DNA of 45,678 nucleotides from a virus. Lineage: Duplodnaviria > Caudoviricetes. How positions within the stretch are numbered: the first letter of the stretch is position 1; each line of letters begins with the position of its first letter. Below the pieces are notes generated by a model. The model saw only the letters and a list, made by a program, of their open reading frames with translations. It made no database searches and was not told the origin of the DNA. Positions 28,234-35,508 of this stretch are shown here, piece by piece. Both the position numbers and the translations under genes were made by a program. The stretch spans positions 1-45,678 of IMG/VR virus record IMGVR_UViG_3300048819_000105. One strand, given 5' to 3'.

Positions 28234-28695
28234 TCATTGTGTGGCTAAAATTGTTTCCAGCCTATCTCTCGCGGCCTCAAGGCATTTTTCAGTCGTGTAT
28301 GGCGTCACTTCATCGCCCAGCATCGGAAAGAACGGGCGAGCCGGAAGCATGGTTTCGGGATTGCCGTTCTGCTGGTCAAAGCCATATTCCGATTCACATA
28401 CAACCGATGCTGATTCCGGTTGCATGGATTCGTCAACCTTGATTGATTCACTCAATGCACCGGTTTCGTAAAGCGTGGCGATTGAACGTCCAACCTGCTT
28501 TTGATATTTCTTACCGCGCGGGCTGTTGCTCAAATCTTTCCATGGAAAAGATCTGTCTTCCCCTTCCGTTCCCAAATTGTTCTGCGCTGTAATCTTGAAC
28601 GCAGTCGCCATCGCCGACTGACAGCCGGTGCGAATCTCATCCAGCAATCCATCGGGCAGGATATTTTCGGATTCAAGTTGTAGGTTGAACGTCAT
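28234..28695 (-). CDS. Virion morphogenesis / tail completion protein (Mu gpG-like)
   Basis: W..L...Y...L..TG.L..SI...Y...QQ.G...LPARPFFP. Confidence 0.75.
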   Translation of the reverse strand: MTFNLQLESENILPDGLLDEIRTGCQSAMATAFKITAQNNLGTEGEDRSFPWKDLSNSPRGKKYQKQVGRSIATLYETGALSESIKVDESMQPESASVVCESEYGFDQQNGNPETMLPARPFFPMLGDEVTPYTTEKCLEAARDRLETILATQ

Positions 28696-28779
28696 TTAAT
28701 TAAATTCGCACGGGCGCAAGCTCTGGGGAAAAAGCCCATCACCCGCGCAGGCAAGGTTTTGACGCCAAGCCGAAATTTG

Positions 28780-29691
28780 TTAAAGGCTGTTTGCATCGTA
28801 TAAAACGCTTCTGGTATTCCAAGATTGCCCCGCTGAATAGAACCGTTTGTATGTCCCGTCCAAAGGCGCGTCTCCGTCGCCGATTTGGGTCAATAAACCA
28901 CCGTTGCCTGCTCGCCATTTGTCGTTATTCATTTTGTATAGATTTGTCTCTTGAGGCGACAAACGACGCTGCAAAAGGTCGTGACAAATAAGGCTCAACG
29001 CGGCTTCACGAATCTTTGCGGGAACAAAAGATTGACCGCCAACCAAGACAACCAAATCGCCACAGTTGTAATTTAATCCACCAGAAGCAATCGTCGGCAC
29101 GGCGGTAACTGTCTGAGCCTGTAAAAGCTGTCCGCTTTCGTCGCTATATGGGGTGTTCGCATAAGCCACCGTCAGTTCCAGCCCCGACCCTTGCTGGCAG
29201 AATTGCCAGTTACAGCCCCAAAATCTTTCATTCGCCAGTGGGTCAAGGTAGCGGAGATAAACTGGAAATTGGTCGGCGGCGGGCGCGACGGAATAATTTC
29301 CACCCTCCAAAATAGTGAGTGCAGTCACCGTTCCCAAACCATCTGTTGAAATGCCCGTGACCTGAATGACAGTGACAGTCCCCGTCTGGACGAGTGGAAT
29401 GGGATAAATTGTCGAGAGGTAGCCATTGATTTCCGTGGTGACGTTCTGGATGATGTTGGCGAGAATGGTTGCATCAACATTTCCAGTATTGTTGTCGTCC
29501 GTCGCCGCTATCAAATCCGCCGCACTGTGAAACTTTGCCTCAATCAATGCCTGTGTCGTGTAAGGCGAGGGAGCAATCTTGGCCGTTGAGATATACGCCG
29601 TCGGGTCGTAACCGTAACCGACACGGAATTGGACAGCCGGGGTTGTTAAACCCCAGCCGCCATAAATTCCAATGCCAAATTCATCAAACAC
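28780..29691 (-). CDS. Head-tail adaptor, Mu gp36/DUF1320-like, with an inserted domain
   Basis: PYTT...LI..TD...VD...I.....EINGYL...Y.IPL and C-terminal P...REAAL.L....L..RR; ~120-aa beta insert between them. Confidence 0.65.
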   Translation of the reverse strand: MFDEFGIGIYGGWGLTTPAVQFRVGYGYDPTAYISTAKIAPSPYTTQALIEAKFHSAADLIAATDDNNTGNVDATILANIIQNVTTEINGYLSTIYPIPLVQTGTVTVIQVTGISTDGLGTVTALTILEGGNYSVAPAADQFPVYLRYLDPLANERFWGCNWQFCQQGSGLELTVAYANTPYSDESGQLLQAQTVTAVPTIASGGLNYNCGDLVVLVGGQSFVPAKIREAALSLICHDLLQRRLSPQETNLYKMNNDKWRAGNGGLLTQIGDGDAPLDGTYKRFYSAGQSWNTRSVLYDANSL

Positions 29692-29697
29692 ACTTGT

Positions 29698-30174
29698 TTA
29701 AGCGTCAATCCAGCCGATGTTCACGATTTCACCGAGCGTCACCGTGCCAGCCGGAGTTGTGATTAAAAACTGGTAAAACTGATACGTTGAACCAGTCGGG
29801 TCAAACGCAAGAGTGAACCATGCTATTTGAGCCGGAGTGCCGCCCACGCCTCCGGTAAATGTTATGGTCTGCGAGCAAGTCGGGGTGATGAAGGCACCGG
29901 GGACTGCCGTATTCGGTGCGATGGACGCCGCGCCAGCAGTAAGCAAAGGCGGAGCGGCTTGCAAGGCAACCGTGATTCCTGTGCCGGTGTTTTCAGGAAG
30001 CGCAGGAATTGAAACAGCGATTCGACCAAGCCGCCAAGCGTTTGAATTAGGAGATGTCGCCTGCAAATCCAGAACCGGCGTGGTGACGTTCGCGCCAGCG
30101 GCGGGCAACGCCTGATTGATTGACAGGGCGGCGTCTTGTGCGCCGATGTTGATTGGTGATTGTGCTGTTGCCAT
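29698..30174 (-). CDS. Putative head decoration/cement protein
   Basis: Small Ala/Thr/Pro-rich beta protein downstream of the capsid gene. Confidence 0.45.
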   Translation of the reverse strand: MATAQSPINIGAQDAALSINQALPAAGANVTTPVLDLQATSPNSNAWRLGRIAVSIPALPENTGTGITVALQAAPPLLTAGAASIAPNTAVPGAFITPTCSQTITFTGGVGGTPAQIAWFTLAFDPTGSTYQFYQFLITTPAGTVTLGEIVNIGWIDA

Positions 30175-30177
30175 AAA

Positions 30178-30366
30178 TTATTTTTTGTTGAGTTTGTCCG
30201 CTTCTGCTTTTTCAGCAGCGGCCTTTTCATCGGCCAGTTTCTTTTCCGCCAGAGCCTTCGCCGCTTCTGCTTTTTCAGCAGCGGCCAACTCCCGCTTCGT
30301 CACGTTGACGGGATAATTCGGATGCGACGGATGCGCCTCGTCTTCTTTGTTGATGATTCGTGACAT
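30178..30366 (-). CDS. Small Ala/Lys/Glu-rich protein
   Basis: 62-aa ORF in operon. Confidence 0.6.
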   Translation of the reverse strand: MSRIINKEDEAHPSHPNYPVNVTKRELAAAEKAEAAKALAEKKLADEKAAAEKAEADKLNKK

Positions 30367-30371
30367 AAAAT

Positions 30372-30956
30372 TTAATAAATGACTTTATTGCTTGGAGGAT
30401 TCGCCCCCACATTTTCACTCGGAGGATTATAGACCGTTCCAAGCGAAATCCATGAACCGGCTTGAGATGTGACAGATTCTTCTACGAAGCCTGTCGTTGA
30501 AACTGAAATCACAGCCACAACCGCCGTCGTATTGGTATTGTTGCCAGAAACAACCACAACCGGAGGAACGGCATACGCATAGGCGAATGTATTGGTCAAA
30601 AGCGTGTTGGCGACAAGGGTGTTTGTGCCTGACTGCATCCGAGTTCCGCCGACATAAGCCTGCCAAGCGAACGAAGCATTGGTGCTTCCAGCCACAGGCC
30701 AAGAAAGCGTGAAATTCGTGGTTGTTATGGAATTGGTGATTGGCGTCCCATTGGTCAACGCTGAATAAACAACCATTACCGGAACCGTCTGAAACGGAAA
30801 CGCAAATGTGTTCGTGATGCTGGTGGTGCCAGTTGCCGGAGTTATGACTCCGCTTTGAGGCGGGTTGACGCCCTCGTTACCAGTGGCGAAAATGTTCCAT
30901 ATAGAGCAAACCGCCACGGCTGCAACAAACACAGTTGAAAGAAATGTTTTTTTCAT
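30372..30956 (-). CDS. Signal-peptide protein with two tandem beta repeats (H-type lectin/gp53-like)
   Basis: MKK-hydrophobic N-terminus; two TF..(P/A)(F/Y)..(V/P)PV....TT.F...W repeats. Confidence 0.55.
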   Translation of the reverse strand: MKKTFLSTVFVAAVAVCSIWNIFATGNEGVNPPQSGVITPATGTTSITNTFAFPFQTVPVMVVYSALTNGTPITNSITTTNFTLSWPVAGSTNASFAWQAYVGGTRMQSGTNTLVANTLLTNTFAYAYAVPPVVVVSGNNTNTTAVVAVISVSTTGFVEESVTSQAGSWISLGTVYNPPSENVGANPPSNKVIY

Positions 30957-30963
30957 GTTTTTA

Positions 30964-32016
30964 TTAGTTCAAAACGATTTGATTGCCGGGTTGGATTGAG
31001 TCCGAGACGATTAGCGGGATGTTGCCCATCGTCGGCAACCGGGTTGCGAAGTTCGCAATCGGGGCGATGCCGCCCGTCCAGCTACGGTCGCTGCTGTTCA
31101 CAAAGTTTGTCACTGTGCGCGTGCTTTGCAGGGCTTGACCGGCGTTCTGCGTGGACAAAGCAATGTTCGGCTTGAAAGTAATCGGCCACTTGGCGAACAA
31201 CTGTGCAATCAGTGAATCGGTAATCAAACCGTTGCCAGCCGTCGCCGTGCTACGTGTGTCAATGTTGATGATTGCTCCAACCGCGTGATATTGCGCCATG
31301 CTCAATCCTACAAAACCGAAAAGGTTTGAACGCCATTGCGTAGCATAGGAAGGATTTGCGGCAGTATTGTCCGGCGCGGCCTGACCCGGCAACATCACCC
31401 AAGGATTCATCACCAAGCCCTGACCACCACCAAACAGCCAGTGAACACCCTGCGGACTGGCTTCGATGAACCACATTGTTTCGCAATGTCCGGCGGTCGT
31501 GCCACCAGCGTCAACCACTTGGTCAATCTTCAGACCCGTGCGGGAGTCAACCTGCGTCCGCTGCATATAAAGGAAATCCTGCAAACCGACATGGCCGAGC
31601 GGGTCGTTCAAAGTGCCGAGATAAAACTGACGGCCAAGGTCGAGGGCTTTCTGGCGGATTGCCGCCTGCATGAAAATCGCCTGCGTGTAGGCCATCGGAG
31701 TTCCGTTGCCTTCACCCGCCTTGATGGTCGCTTCGTCAATCGAAAACGGACAATCCCACGGAAGCGCATTGAAGCGTTTCTGGTCGAGCGATGGCGCGGA
31801 GAATGGACGGCCAGAATTGACCTTGCGGAAACCGCCGTTGCTGCCGATGGCGGTCAAAATCGTGGCTTCGTAAAACGTGCCGGGAATTACACGGCCAACA
31901 ACCATGTCGAGTTCGGGCGCGACGTTCACGATGTTGTCAACGACGCCAACAGAGCCGGGGTCTTGCAGGCGGTTAATCGCCGCGATGTCCTTGAGGGTGA
32001 GGTATTGATTTACCAT
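30964..32016 (-). CDS. Major capsid protein (HK97 fold presumed)
   Basis: 350 aa after protease/scaffold; LTLKD N-terminus, FRKVN, FYLG...GL, VVDAGGT, IPLIVSDSI ending. Confidence 0.8.
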   Translation of the reverse strand: MVNQYLTLKDIAAINRLQDPGSVGVVDNIVNVAPELDMVVGRVIPGTFYEATILTAIGSNGGFRKVNSGRPFSAPSLDQKRFNALPWDCPFSIDEATIKAGEGNGTPMAYTQAIFMQAAIRQKALDLGRQFYLGTLNDPLGHVGLQDFLYMQRTQVDSRTGLKIDQVVDAGGTTAGHCETMWFIEASPQGVHWLFGGGQGLVMNPWVMLPGQAAPDNTAANPSYATQWRSNLFGFVGLSMAQYHAVGAIINIDTRSTATAGNGLITDSLIAQLFAKWPITFKPNIALSTQNAGQALQSTRTVTNFVNSSDRSWTGGIAPIANFATRLPTMGNIPLIVSDSIQPGNQIVLN

Positions 32017-32028
32017 AAAATTTTCGTG

Positions 32029-33060
32029 TTACCGTTTTCCGTATTGCTTGGCCGTGGCGTCTGCCAGAGTTGCACCCCCGTTGATTCTTGCGTTGGTGGC
32101 GGCGAGAAGGTCAACACCCGTAAGTGGGACTTTTTTGCCTGTCACCAAATCCACCTTGGAAAATTCGTCCACTTCGGGCGGTGCGCCTGTGCCGGTGTAA
32201 GTTGCCTTCGCAATCGTCGGCAAAGCCTGCGCGTTGCGGGCGAGAGCCTTGAGCATCGGCAAATCCATTTTCTTCAAATCGTCTTCCTTAACGCCGAGGC
32301 CGTCTTCACCGATGATGACGCGAGCCTCGTTTTTCATCTTTTGGATGATTGCGCCGCGTTCGCCTTCTATAACCGCAAGAGCGGCGGCGTCAGCGCGTTT
32401 CTGCAAGTCGCCAAGCGCGGTTTCGAGCTTGGTCAAGTCCGGCGCGGCGGGGGTTTTTTCGGAAAGTGTTTTGACGGTCGCGGCGAGCGTCTTGACCGTT
32501 TCGGCCAGCGAGTCAACTTTTTGGATTAGTTCGGCACTCATAAGTTTTTCGGTCTTGGATTTTTTGCAATCAGCGCAGGCACAATCAGAATTGTCGGGGT
32601 CGTGTTGTTTTTCGGTTTTGTCGAATTTGATTAAGGAGAAAACGGATTCGGCGTTGCACGGCAGGTCAACCACGGAAATTTCTTTGAGCAGGATTTCTGT
32701 GATTTTGTTGCCCGCCTTTTTCAGAGATTTTCCGCCGATGGAGAAGCCCTTCAAAATGCCAGCCTTGATTTTGGCTATCGTTCCGGCGTCAACGATATGG
32801 GCGGTGAAGTGGGTTTTTCCGTCGTCGTCAACATGGGCGGCAATCGGTCGTCCAGCGGCAATCGGCTGGTGCATTTCACGGACAGATCCGCATTGAAGAT
32901 AAGAAGGAATCGCTTTCCGCATGGCTTCCGCCGTCACAATCTCACCATCGGAGTCAACCGCTTCCGTCGAGGCGATGCCAGAAACCATTAGAGAACCATC
33001 TTCGGCTGCGTCGAATTTTGCTATCGCGCCGTAAAAATGGATTTGTGAATTGCCTGTCAT
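32029..33060 (-). CDS. Prohead protease fused to scaffold
   Basis: GIASTEAVDSDGE, REMHQ, LKGFSIGG, EISVVD.P.N followed by a coiled-coil region. Confidence 0.88.
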   Translation of the reverse strand: MTGNSQIHFYGAIAKFDAAEDGSLMVSGIASTEAVDSDGEIVTAEAMRKAIPSYLQCGSVREMHQPIAAGRPIAAHVDDDGKTHFTAHIVDAGTIAKIKAGILKGFSIGGKSLKKAGNKITEILLKEISVVDLPCNAESVFSLIKFDKTEKQHDPDNSDCACADCKKSKTEKLMSAELIQKVDSLAETVKTLAATVKTLSEKTPAAPDLTKLETALGDLQKRADAAALAVIEGERGAIIQKMKNEARVIIGEDGLGVKEDDLKKMDLPMLKALARNAQALPTIAKATYTGTGAPPEVDEFSKVDLVTGKKVPLTGVDLLAATNARINGGATLADATAKQYGKR

Positions 33061-33088
33061 CTGTGCAAATCATTCGTTGAAAAAAGTG

Positions 33089-33117
33089 TTGACCGCAAGT
33101 TTGTCGGGTAATAGACT
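33089..33117 (+). promoter_or_regulatory. Sigma70 promoter, probably leaderless transcript
   Basis: TTGACC-N17-TAGACT; ATG 7 nt downstream. Confidence 0.6.
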
Positions 33118-33124
33118 TCGTTTA

Positions 33125-33376
33125 ATGACGTTCGCGCAGGAGATAAAAAAGTGGCGAGCCACGCGCTGCCAGAAACAGGTGAATGATATTTTCGGCGTCT
33201 CCCTTGCTTGCTATCGCGCATGGGAGCAAGGCCAAAATGAACCGTCGAAATTAGCGCAAGAACAGATTCGCTACCGAATGATTTTGTCTGACGCTGGACT
33301 ATCACCGGAAAGAATCAGAATCGGATATTTACAAGTCATCAAACAAGTCGCCGCCGAAATTCAAAACAGGAAATGA
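33125..33376 (+). CDS. XRE-family HTH regulator
   Basis: IKKWR...QKQV..IFGVSL..Y..WEQG..EP. Confidence 0.75.
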   Translation: MTFAQEIKKWRATRCQKQVNDIFGVSLACYRAWEQGQNEPSKLAQEQIRYRMILSDAGLSPERIRIGYLQVIKQVAAEIQNRK

Positions 33377-33553
33377 AAATTAAAAAAGGAAAAGGAAAAA
33401 CTGTCTCAAGTATAATTCTTGAAGAAGGAGTTGAATTGACCATCAATGCTGCCGGTGCGCCAAAAAATGTCACTAGAATAACTCTCAATGGAGAGGCTTT
33501 TTACAAGCCGACCCCGCCCAAGATTTCAACAATAATTTGGGGAACATAATTTT

Positions 33554-33739
33554 ATGAGACGCTACGCCCTCTATTCCTCACCCAACGAAAACCCCATTTT
33601 TGTCGAAGGCGACAAGTTTGAAATCAAGCGCAAGCCTGATGGTCTGCGCGTCACCGTTCACGCCGAGGGTAAAAAGAAACAAGTCTTTGACGGCGTGGTT
33701 ATTTTTTGCGAAGTGTCGGAGAAAATTCAGGTGAAATGA
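33554..33739 (+). CDS. Hypothetical protein
   Basis: Part of a small + strand operon. Confidence 0.55.
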   Translation: MRRYALYSSPNENPIFVEGDKFEIKRKPDGLRVTVHAEGKKKQVFDGVVIFCEVSEKIQVK

Positions 33740-33884
33740 AAATCCAATTTGAAAAAGGGTGGATGAAATTAGAAATTTTTAGGAAGGTTTATTCGTCCGT
33801 TTTTAGGGAGCAGGAACAAATCGTTTGGATGTTCAGCCAAGCAGACATCCGCCGATGCTTTAAATTAAATCCGAGATTATTATT

Positions 33885-34319
33885 TTGAAATTCACTCTCG
33901 AACAATTCGACTTCTCGCAACTGAAACCAGATTCAATCCTCATGGTCGAGGTTGCCAATGCTTCAAAACCGAACATGGACGCAGCTCAAAAAACCATTGC
34001 GGCCATGAAGCAGACTGGAAAAGTTCCGAAGGACACACTCTGTCTTTTGGCCAGTAAAGAAAATCCAATTAAAATCCACGAACTGTCGGAAGAAGTGATG
34101 AATAAAAACGGTTGGATTAAGTTGAAAGAAATTTCTCTTTGGAAAAAATGCGAAAACACCCTCAAGGAAACAATCATGCTCACGCTTCAGCCGAAACAAT
34201 ATGTCGGGACTCAATGCGGAAAGCAGAAAGGACATTCTGGAAATTGCGAGTTTGAAATTTCAAAAGGATTTTCGCTTTCCTGTCCAGCCACGTCTTGCGA
34301 TGTTCAAGTTACGGAATAG
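33885..34319 (+). CDS. Hypothetical protein
   Basis: TTGA overlap; last gene before the convergent terminator. Confidence 0.55.
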   Translation: MKFTLEQFDFSQLKPDSILMVEVANASKPNMDAAQKTIAAMKQTGKVPKDTLCLLASKENPIKIHELSEEVMNKNGWIKLKEISLWKKCENTLKETIMLTLQPKQYVGTQCGKQKGHSGNCEFEISKGFSLSCPATSCDVQVTE

Positions 34320-34368
34320 ACCCCTTGTTTTTATTTTTGTGGTCGGCCTGCGACTTGTCTGATTTATG

Positions 34369-34406
34369 AAACAAAAATTGCCAGACAGATTTATCCGTCT
34401 GGCAAT
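34369..34406 (-). terminator. Intrinsic terminator closing the pentamer array transcript
   Basis: ATTGCCAGACGGA-TAAA-TCTGTCTGGCAAT followed by TTTTGTTT on the - strand. Confidence 0.8.
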
Positions 34407-34637
34407 CCAAGTCCAGCCAATCCGATACCACAACAAGCCACAGCTTGCCGGAACTTTGCAAACGCTACCGAACCATACCGGCAGCAATTAAGCCGCCCGA
34501 ATCTCGCCCAACTGAACCCAACCATACAACACCCATCCATGCCGGAACTCGCCTTGAGACACCCAACCGGATTTGCAGCCCGAACCTAACCGAAACCGAC
34601 ATTGGCTGACCAATGCCTGACCGAACACCGCCGCGCC
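34404..34637 (-). ncRNA. Array of three GGY-NN pentamer tracts (11, 14 and 15 units) separated by hairpins; candidate guide RNAs
   Basis: Tract A 34637-34582, B 34568-34499, C 34479-34404. Linkers are GGGCT-GCAA-ATCC and GGCGGC-TTAATT-GCTGCC. Confidence 0.8.
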
Positions 34638-34640
34638 TGT

Positions 34641-35276
34641 TCAATCGTCCAAAACTTCAAAGCGAGTCACATTGAAACGCCCGTAGCTTGGACGAAAATC
34701 TGCCAACCCAATCAGCTTTCCAGCCGCTTGAATTGTTGAGTTCAAAAGTGTTTCGTCAATGTATTCCGGCAAGTTGACCATCAGAATAAATGATGCCTTC
34801 CAACCTTCCTTCATGGCTGGACGCGAGCGGGTGATGCCATTGCGCTGAATAACAACACGCCGTTTGTCGAGATAATCCCAATCCTTCGCTCCAAGTGACG
34901 CCAATTCCGTGAGGCTGACAATCGCGGCCTTGAACAAATCCATTGCGGACTTGCGCGGGCTGCGCGGGTCTTGCTGGAATTTAGCGGCGGCGATGATGGC
35001 TCCGCGCAGGTATTCACCGGGAATACAGATTTCACCTTTGTCATTCCGATAGACGTAGCTTTCCACGTCGTCAGACTTTTTCTCCGCGCTGCCTTTCTTG
35101 GCGGCGGCTTTGGAGGCGACTGATTCACAATTCCACCGATGGAACATGATTGGGCAGACGCCTTGAATTTCAACGAGCGCACGATACGGCAACTGCATTT
35201 CAATTCCGTTGTGCGCGCCGTTAGTTGGAGTTTCCCCACCGAGAGCGGTGAGGCGATTTGCTTCTTTTGTTTTCAT
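34641..35276 (-). CDS. Stand-alone Cas7/RAMP-fold protein (VIPR-like effector)
   Basis: RAMP hallmarks: VEIQGVCPIMFH, IPGEYLRGAI (compare IPGSSLKG), C-terminal Gly loop GKLIGLADFRPSYGRF. Start placed at ATG 35276. Confidence 0.8.
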   Translation of the reverse strand: MKTKEANRLTALGGETPTNGAHNGIEMQLPYRALVEIQGVCPIMFHRWNCESVASKAAAKKGSAEKKSDDVESYVYRNDKGEICIPGEYLRGAIIAAAKFQQDPRSPRKSAMDLFKAAIVSLTELASLGAKDWDYLDKRRVVIQRNGITRSRPAMKEGWKASFILMVNLPEYIDETLLNSTIQAAGKLIGLADFRPSYGRFNVTRFEVLDD

Positions 35277-35282
35277 AATAAT

Positions 35283-35347
35283 TAACCCTGCCATGACCGA
35301 CCGAACCTAGCCGAGACTCGCCCCAAGCAGCCGAAGCGTTCCATGCC
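35283..35347 (-). ncRNA. Upstream GGY-NN pentamer tract (13 units); candidate guide RNA
   Basis: GGC AT GGA AC GCT TC GGC TG CTT GG GGC GA GTC TC GGC TA GGT TC GGT CG GTC AT GGC AG GGT TA, with exact 5-nt phase. Confidence 0.8.
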
Positions 35348-35472
35348 ATTTTCGGACAAAGCACGCCCCGCCAGAAGTTCATACGCTTTGACTTGGGAAG
35401 TCATTGCCAACGGGCAAGACGTGCAAATTTTATTTGTGTGACTTATGCGGTATGAAGCGCATTTACGAAAAC

Positions 35473-35500
35473 AGACTATCAAAATAATTTTCTATTGCAA
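35473..35500 (-). promoter_or_regulatory. Candidate promoter for the RAMP/array cassette
   Basis: TTGCAA-N16-TAGTCT with extended TGn. Confidence 0.45.
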
Positions 35501-35508
35501 GAAAATTT

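Noticed and set aside
28696-28779. Possible tRNA or ncRNA in the intergenic gap
   Set aside because: No cloverleaf or T-loop motif; no tRNA was recognised anywhere in the window.
31336-32529. 397-aa + strand ORF
   Set aside because: Antisense shadow of the capsid and protease genes.
34260-34487. 75-aa - strand ORF over tract C
   Set aside because: It is a by-product of the GGY-NN periodicity, which is not a multiple of 3, and it runs through the terminator.
35282-35482. 66-aa - strand ORF and the 6-aa N-terminal extension of the RAMP gene
   Set aside because: Both overlap the upstream pentamer tract (the ORF also overlaps the candidate promoter); no SD or protein-like features.
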